A DNA stretch of 63,966 nt, counting the filler, from Rhizaria sp. SCN 62-66 (taxonomy: Eukaryota): the NCBI GenBank assembly GCA_001724265.1. It is 4 parts of 4 records of this genome, joined end to end, with 100 filler letters (N's around TTAATTAATTAA, not from the genome) between each part and the next. Parts side by side here need not be neighbours in the genome. Positions count along the whole stretch, not along the records: positions 56,883 to 63,966 come from MEDY01000607.1; 3 more parts are not named here. One strand, 5' to 3'. This document shows, one piece after another, positions 60,327 to 63,966 of this stretch. A program made the translations under genes and the position numbers. The notes below the pieces were generated by a model. The model saw only the letters and a list, made by a program, of their open reading frames with translations. It was not told where the DNA came from and did no database searches. Numbering within the stretch: position 1 is the stretch's first letter; each line of letters starts with the position of its first letter.

Positions 60327-62753
60327 ATGCGCACAGCGATGTTGGGTTTCGCCTCTGCAGAGCGACCCCCGCCTCAGCGCCGCACAAATGTGCTCACCGC
60401 GACCGAGTCAAGTCGTGCAACTGCCAACTTTCGTCCTGCGCCAGCCACCCTCTCGCGTCCGTTTGCGCAGTCACGCATTGCTGCGATTGGCAGCAATCCT
60501 AACCCTGCGCACTCGCTCTCGAAAACGCCCGTATCCAGCATCACTTCAGTGCTGCCTCAGACTCACGTGAATTATCATGGTATAGGTACAAACGAGAACT
60601 GTGCGTTTGGCTTCGGGCCTGCGTAGCAAAATGGCGTATTAGGCGCTCCGGAGAAAACTCATCCGAGTGCTGTGGTTGTGCAGCAGTCCACTTATCCCTC
60701 CAGCACTCCTGGTAGCAAGCTTAACAACATGTACAGCTCTGCCTTGTGTGCGTTGCCCGGCTACACTCGGCCCCATACTGCTGGCCTTGATGTGTCTCTG
60801 CGAACGCCGCTCTGCAACGCTAAAACAACGCGCTTCGCCCCCCTGCAACCAAGTCAGCAACAGCATCAGCAGCTGTCACACGCACCAGCTTATCAGCAGC
60901 ACAAGCAGCAGCACCATCAGCAGCAGCTACAGTTCACTGGTGAGTCCGCGCTGTCGTCTCCAGCGCGCGCAGTGCGCGCTGCGTTGTTGGCGCTGTCGCC
61001 GCGTTCGCGCCGGTCTCTCAGTCTCAGTCACGGGCTCGCACCCTTGCCGTACGAGCTGAACGATAGCTATAACAATAACACAAACAACACCCACATGAAC
61101 ATTAGCGCAAGTGCCAGTAGTGATGCAGATAACACAGTTGCTTGCGTCGCCGCCGGTGCATTCTCACAGGCGCAGTTTGATGCCATGTTACAGACGCCTG
61201 CTCCGCCAGCGTCAATGTCATCGTCCTCATCGTCACCTGCGTTTGCGCATTCACTGTCATTGCTGGACACGCGCCTACATACGCTCTCACAGTCACCCTT
61301 GAGCGCCCAGACACCGTCGCAGTCAGACGAGGGATCTCCATCACAATACCAAGCACGGGTCGACTCGCCGACCCAGGCTTAGCTGCCACTGCCGCAACAT
61401 CAGCAATATGAGCATCAATCACACTCTCTGCAGCGGTCTCTTAATGAACATCATTGTTGCATTGATGACAATAACGCAACCGAAGTTGACGAGAGCTAGA
61501 GCTAGAATTATGCAATCAACATGAACTATGCGTCTGGGCACCCCCATTCTGCTTCCGGACATCGCCACTCGTGGTCTCGTAACACTGCACAGCATGCTGG
61601 AGACACTTGTAACATCGATGGTACCAGTTGTGATAGCAAAGACCATGTCATGTCAATCCGTCGTAATGCGGTGGACTTGTTAAAGCAACTTGAAGCTGGT
61701 TTTCACGGTGCTCATCCTCAGGACTTTGCGTTGCGTGATCGCAGCAACACCATCATGAACAGCACAAAGATTATTGTTCGCAACGGTGCCAGTGACGTTT
61801 TGAGTGATTGGTTGGACTCAATCGAAAACAAAGCCTTCCTTGAGCACCTACAACAACAGCAAAGGAAACAAGTGGCCCTAGCAAGCGCAACTGTCGAGAC
61901 CGAGCTATCATCAGAGCTTGACTCAAATACCGGCACAGTCAGTGACATCAGTCACTCTGCTTGCGACGGCATTAGCGAGGCAGTAGTTGCAATGCCGCTT
62001 ACTGACGCTGTTAACCAGGCTTTGGAGTCTGTTCGCCATTCGTTTCTGCGCGTAGCCACGAGTGCTGATAACGCCAGTGCTTGCGAGTCTAACTCTGTAA
62101 CCGTGACTTGTGACGAATCAGAGACAAAGTCACCTGGCAAGCGTCCCAAGTGTTCGCCCCTTAAAGGTGCGATCTCTAAAGGTGCTGTTGTCAGGGGTCT
62201 CGACGCATCGCGTCCACGCGCTGAAGAAGACGCAATCCGTAGCTCCAGCACGACCGCACAGGCAGTTGTGGCTGGTATCAGTTCCTGTGTCGGCGAACCC
62301 ACGACTACATAGGATCGCATTCCGACGCCTGCTATCGTGCGCGCACTTGCCCGTAACAAAGCAGCCACAAGGGCATCTCAGACTACTGCAACGATTGTTG
62401 TGACAAACGTTTGCAAGAGCAAGGACAAGAAGCAAGCCGTTGTTCTCGACCAAGAGCAGCAACAAAATGTCATTCTGCAGTGTGGTGGCAGAGGCGGTAT
62501 CACTGCGATTGGTCTTCCACGTCGTGATGGCGCATCAGCTTCCACTACAGTCGTCGTTGTTAACAACGGCAATGTTGTTGACGCGTCTGCAACCTCGTAT
62601 CTTTCAAAGCACACAATGCGCATGCGTAGACGTGCACTGATCATGCTTACTCTGATTGTCGTGATTGTCGTGGCAATGCTGGCAACGTCTGCATCGGCAA
62701 TGCTCACGAAAGAGTGGTTAGGTCGCGCTGTTTCAGCCTCCGGCCATTACTAA
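60327..62753 (+). CDS. Unknown ~800-aa protein with a C-terminal transmembrane helix; read through five in-frame TAG codons (start uncertain)
   Basis: ORFs 60327-60626, 60672-61382, 61521-62312 and 62337-62753 share one frame. The only stops between them are TAG at 60624, 61380, 61497, 61503 and 62310. Ends in TAA after ALIMLTLIVVIVVAML. Confidence 0.65.
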
Positions 62754-63137
62754 CTGGTAACCGGGTAAGTACAATAACCAAGAAAGTACGCATTATGCAA
62801 ATGTATTTAAATCAACAACTATACACGATGTTAAGGGCAACATACACAATTAAGGACACTGTCTTGCAGTGCTATGTGGAAATGCAGCAAGGCTGCGAAA
62901 CTCTGATGGGTTGCTTTTGGAAGCTGCGTTGGGATCGCTGTGAATAACGACGGCAGGGGCAGAGGCCACCGACCCAACCTGATAAGGCGGCCTCGTTAGC
63001 TGTTGTGTTGCTATTGAAATCCTCCGGCGTTGCGTCCTTCTCAGCAGCCATCGCTGCTGTAGCGGATGCAGGGGAAGCCTGAGCCTGGCCAGGGGCCTCT
63101 TTGCCGTTGCTGTGGAACCCCTCGACGGGCTCCTTGG

Positions 63138-63966
63138 TTATACGTTAGCAGCAGCGGCCGCAGGCTTGCTGTTGGGCTCCACAACACCGAGGTGCGCGCC
63201 GTCTTCGACCTTGCGGCGGCGGCGGCAGAGGCAGCACAGCACGACGATGATGATGATAATCAACGCGACACCACCGACAGCAGCGCCGATGATGATCATC
63301 ATATCAACGCCGCCGCCGCTGCTTGAGGCCTTGGTGCCACTGTTGCTGCCGCCACTACTGCCACCACTTTGGCTGTTGTCGGGAACCGTTCCATCAGTGT
63401 CGCTGCCGGTGCCCGAGGTGGCGGAGCAGGAGGCGGCCTTGGTCACAAACCCGGCGTTGCAGGTGCCGCTTTCTGCGTTGGTCACGTAGCAGCTCTTGGT
63501 GGCGGCGCAGTACGAGCAGCTGACCGAGGCAGTGCTGGCGGCCATGCACGAGGCGCAGGTGTCAGCAAGCGGGAGACAGACCGCGTAGTTAGCGAGCGAA
63601 GTCGTGGCGAAGCTGCTGCCCTGATTCGCGATCGCCGTGGCGTACTGCTGGTGAAGCGCGCTGCTGGTCGCTGTGTCGGTAGTGCTGGCGCTCGAGTCAG
63701 CGCCGATTATGCGCACGTTAGCCGTCACCACAGAGAAGTTGCGCGCCGTCGCGAGGGTTGAGAACGCGTACGGGCTGTCGTCCAGGCTGTGGCCGGCAGC
63801 GACGCTGCTGTCAGTAAAGGTATTGGACGAGATGTAGATCACCTGCACGCGAGTCGTACTGGTGTTGATCTTTACGGCAATGTGGTTTGCCAGCATTGAT
63901 TCAAACGCACTGACGACAGCGGCGTCGTTCTTGCTGGCCGGCGCAAGCTCGCCCTGGCCCGCCTTG
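63138..63966 (-). CDS. Type I membrane protein with a PSI-like Cys-rich domain (5' part outside the window)
   Basis: The frame is open to the window edge. DTCASCMAAS...CSYCAATKSCY, a Gly/Ser linker and TM IIIGAAVGGVALIIIIIVVL followed by CCLCRRRRK. Confidence 0.7.
   Translation of the reverse strand, partial: KAGQGELAPASKNDAAVVSAFESMLANHIAVKINTSTTRVQVIYISSNTFTDSSVAAGHSLDDSPYAFSTLATARNFSVVTANVRIIGADSSASTTDTATSSALHQQYATAIANQGSSFATTSLANYAVCLPLADTCASCMAASTASVSCSYCAATKSCYVTNAESGTCNAGFVTKAASCSATSGTGSDTDGTVPDNSQSGGSSGGSNSGTKASSSGGGVDMMIIIGAAVGGVALIIIIIVVLCCLCRRRRKVEDGAHLGVVEPNSKPAAAAANV

Noticed and set aside
608-62312. Treating the TAG-interrupted genes as pseudogenes or as separate short genes
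   Set aside because: All ten interruptions are TAG, with no internal TAA, TGA or frameshift. Domains span them and introns and termini are intact.
608-62312. Pyrrolysine or other site-specific recoding of TAG
   Set aside because: The TAGs lie mostly in unconserved linkers of unrelated eukaryotic proteins, I see no shared downstream element, and pyrrolysine is not known in eukaryotes.
1-63966. Assigning a specific taxon
   Set aside because: There is no rRNA in the window. A SAR or rhizarian affinity is only suggested by indirect features and needs phylogenetic analysis of RPL11, RPL27a and CSE1.

Overview
This is eukaryotic (protist) nuclear DNA made of four unlinked contigs joined by artificial N44-TTAATTAATTAA-N44 spacers (18945-19044, 37920-38019, 56783-56882). 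It carries about 18 GC-rich protein-coding genes separated by AT-rich spacers and short spliceosomal introns. Recognisable products are a VASt protein, a 5'-nucleotidase-fold/class C GPCR fusion, MnmE/GTPBP3, a TOM1/THH1-like protein, a FYVE protein, RPL11, a WD40 protein, a PHYHD1-like dioxygenase, a calreticulin-like protein, CSE1, RPL27a, an amino-acid transporter and a PSI-domain membrane protein. The main discovery is that the organism appears to use a non-standard nuclear genetic code in which TAG is a sense codon (most likely Gln) while TAA and TGA remain stops. Ten in-frame TAGs interrupt five otherwise continuous genes spread over all four contigs, two of them inside conserved domains, and none of the 15 gene ends I could define uses TAG. 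Other notable signals are an invariant GTACG splice donor in all 21 introns modelled, acceptor-like sites just upstream of most start codons (possible spliced-leader trans-splicing), a fixed-spacing three-motif module shared by both ribosomal-protein promoters, and a GPCR whose ectodomain is a probably inactive 5'-nucleotidase. All gene models and family calls were made by eye, without database searches.
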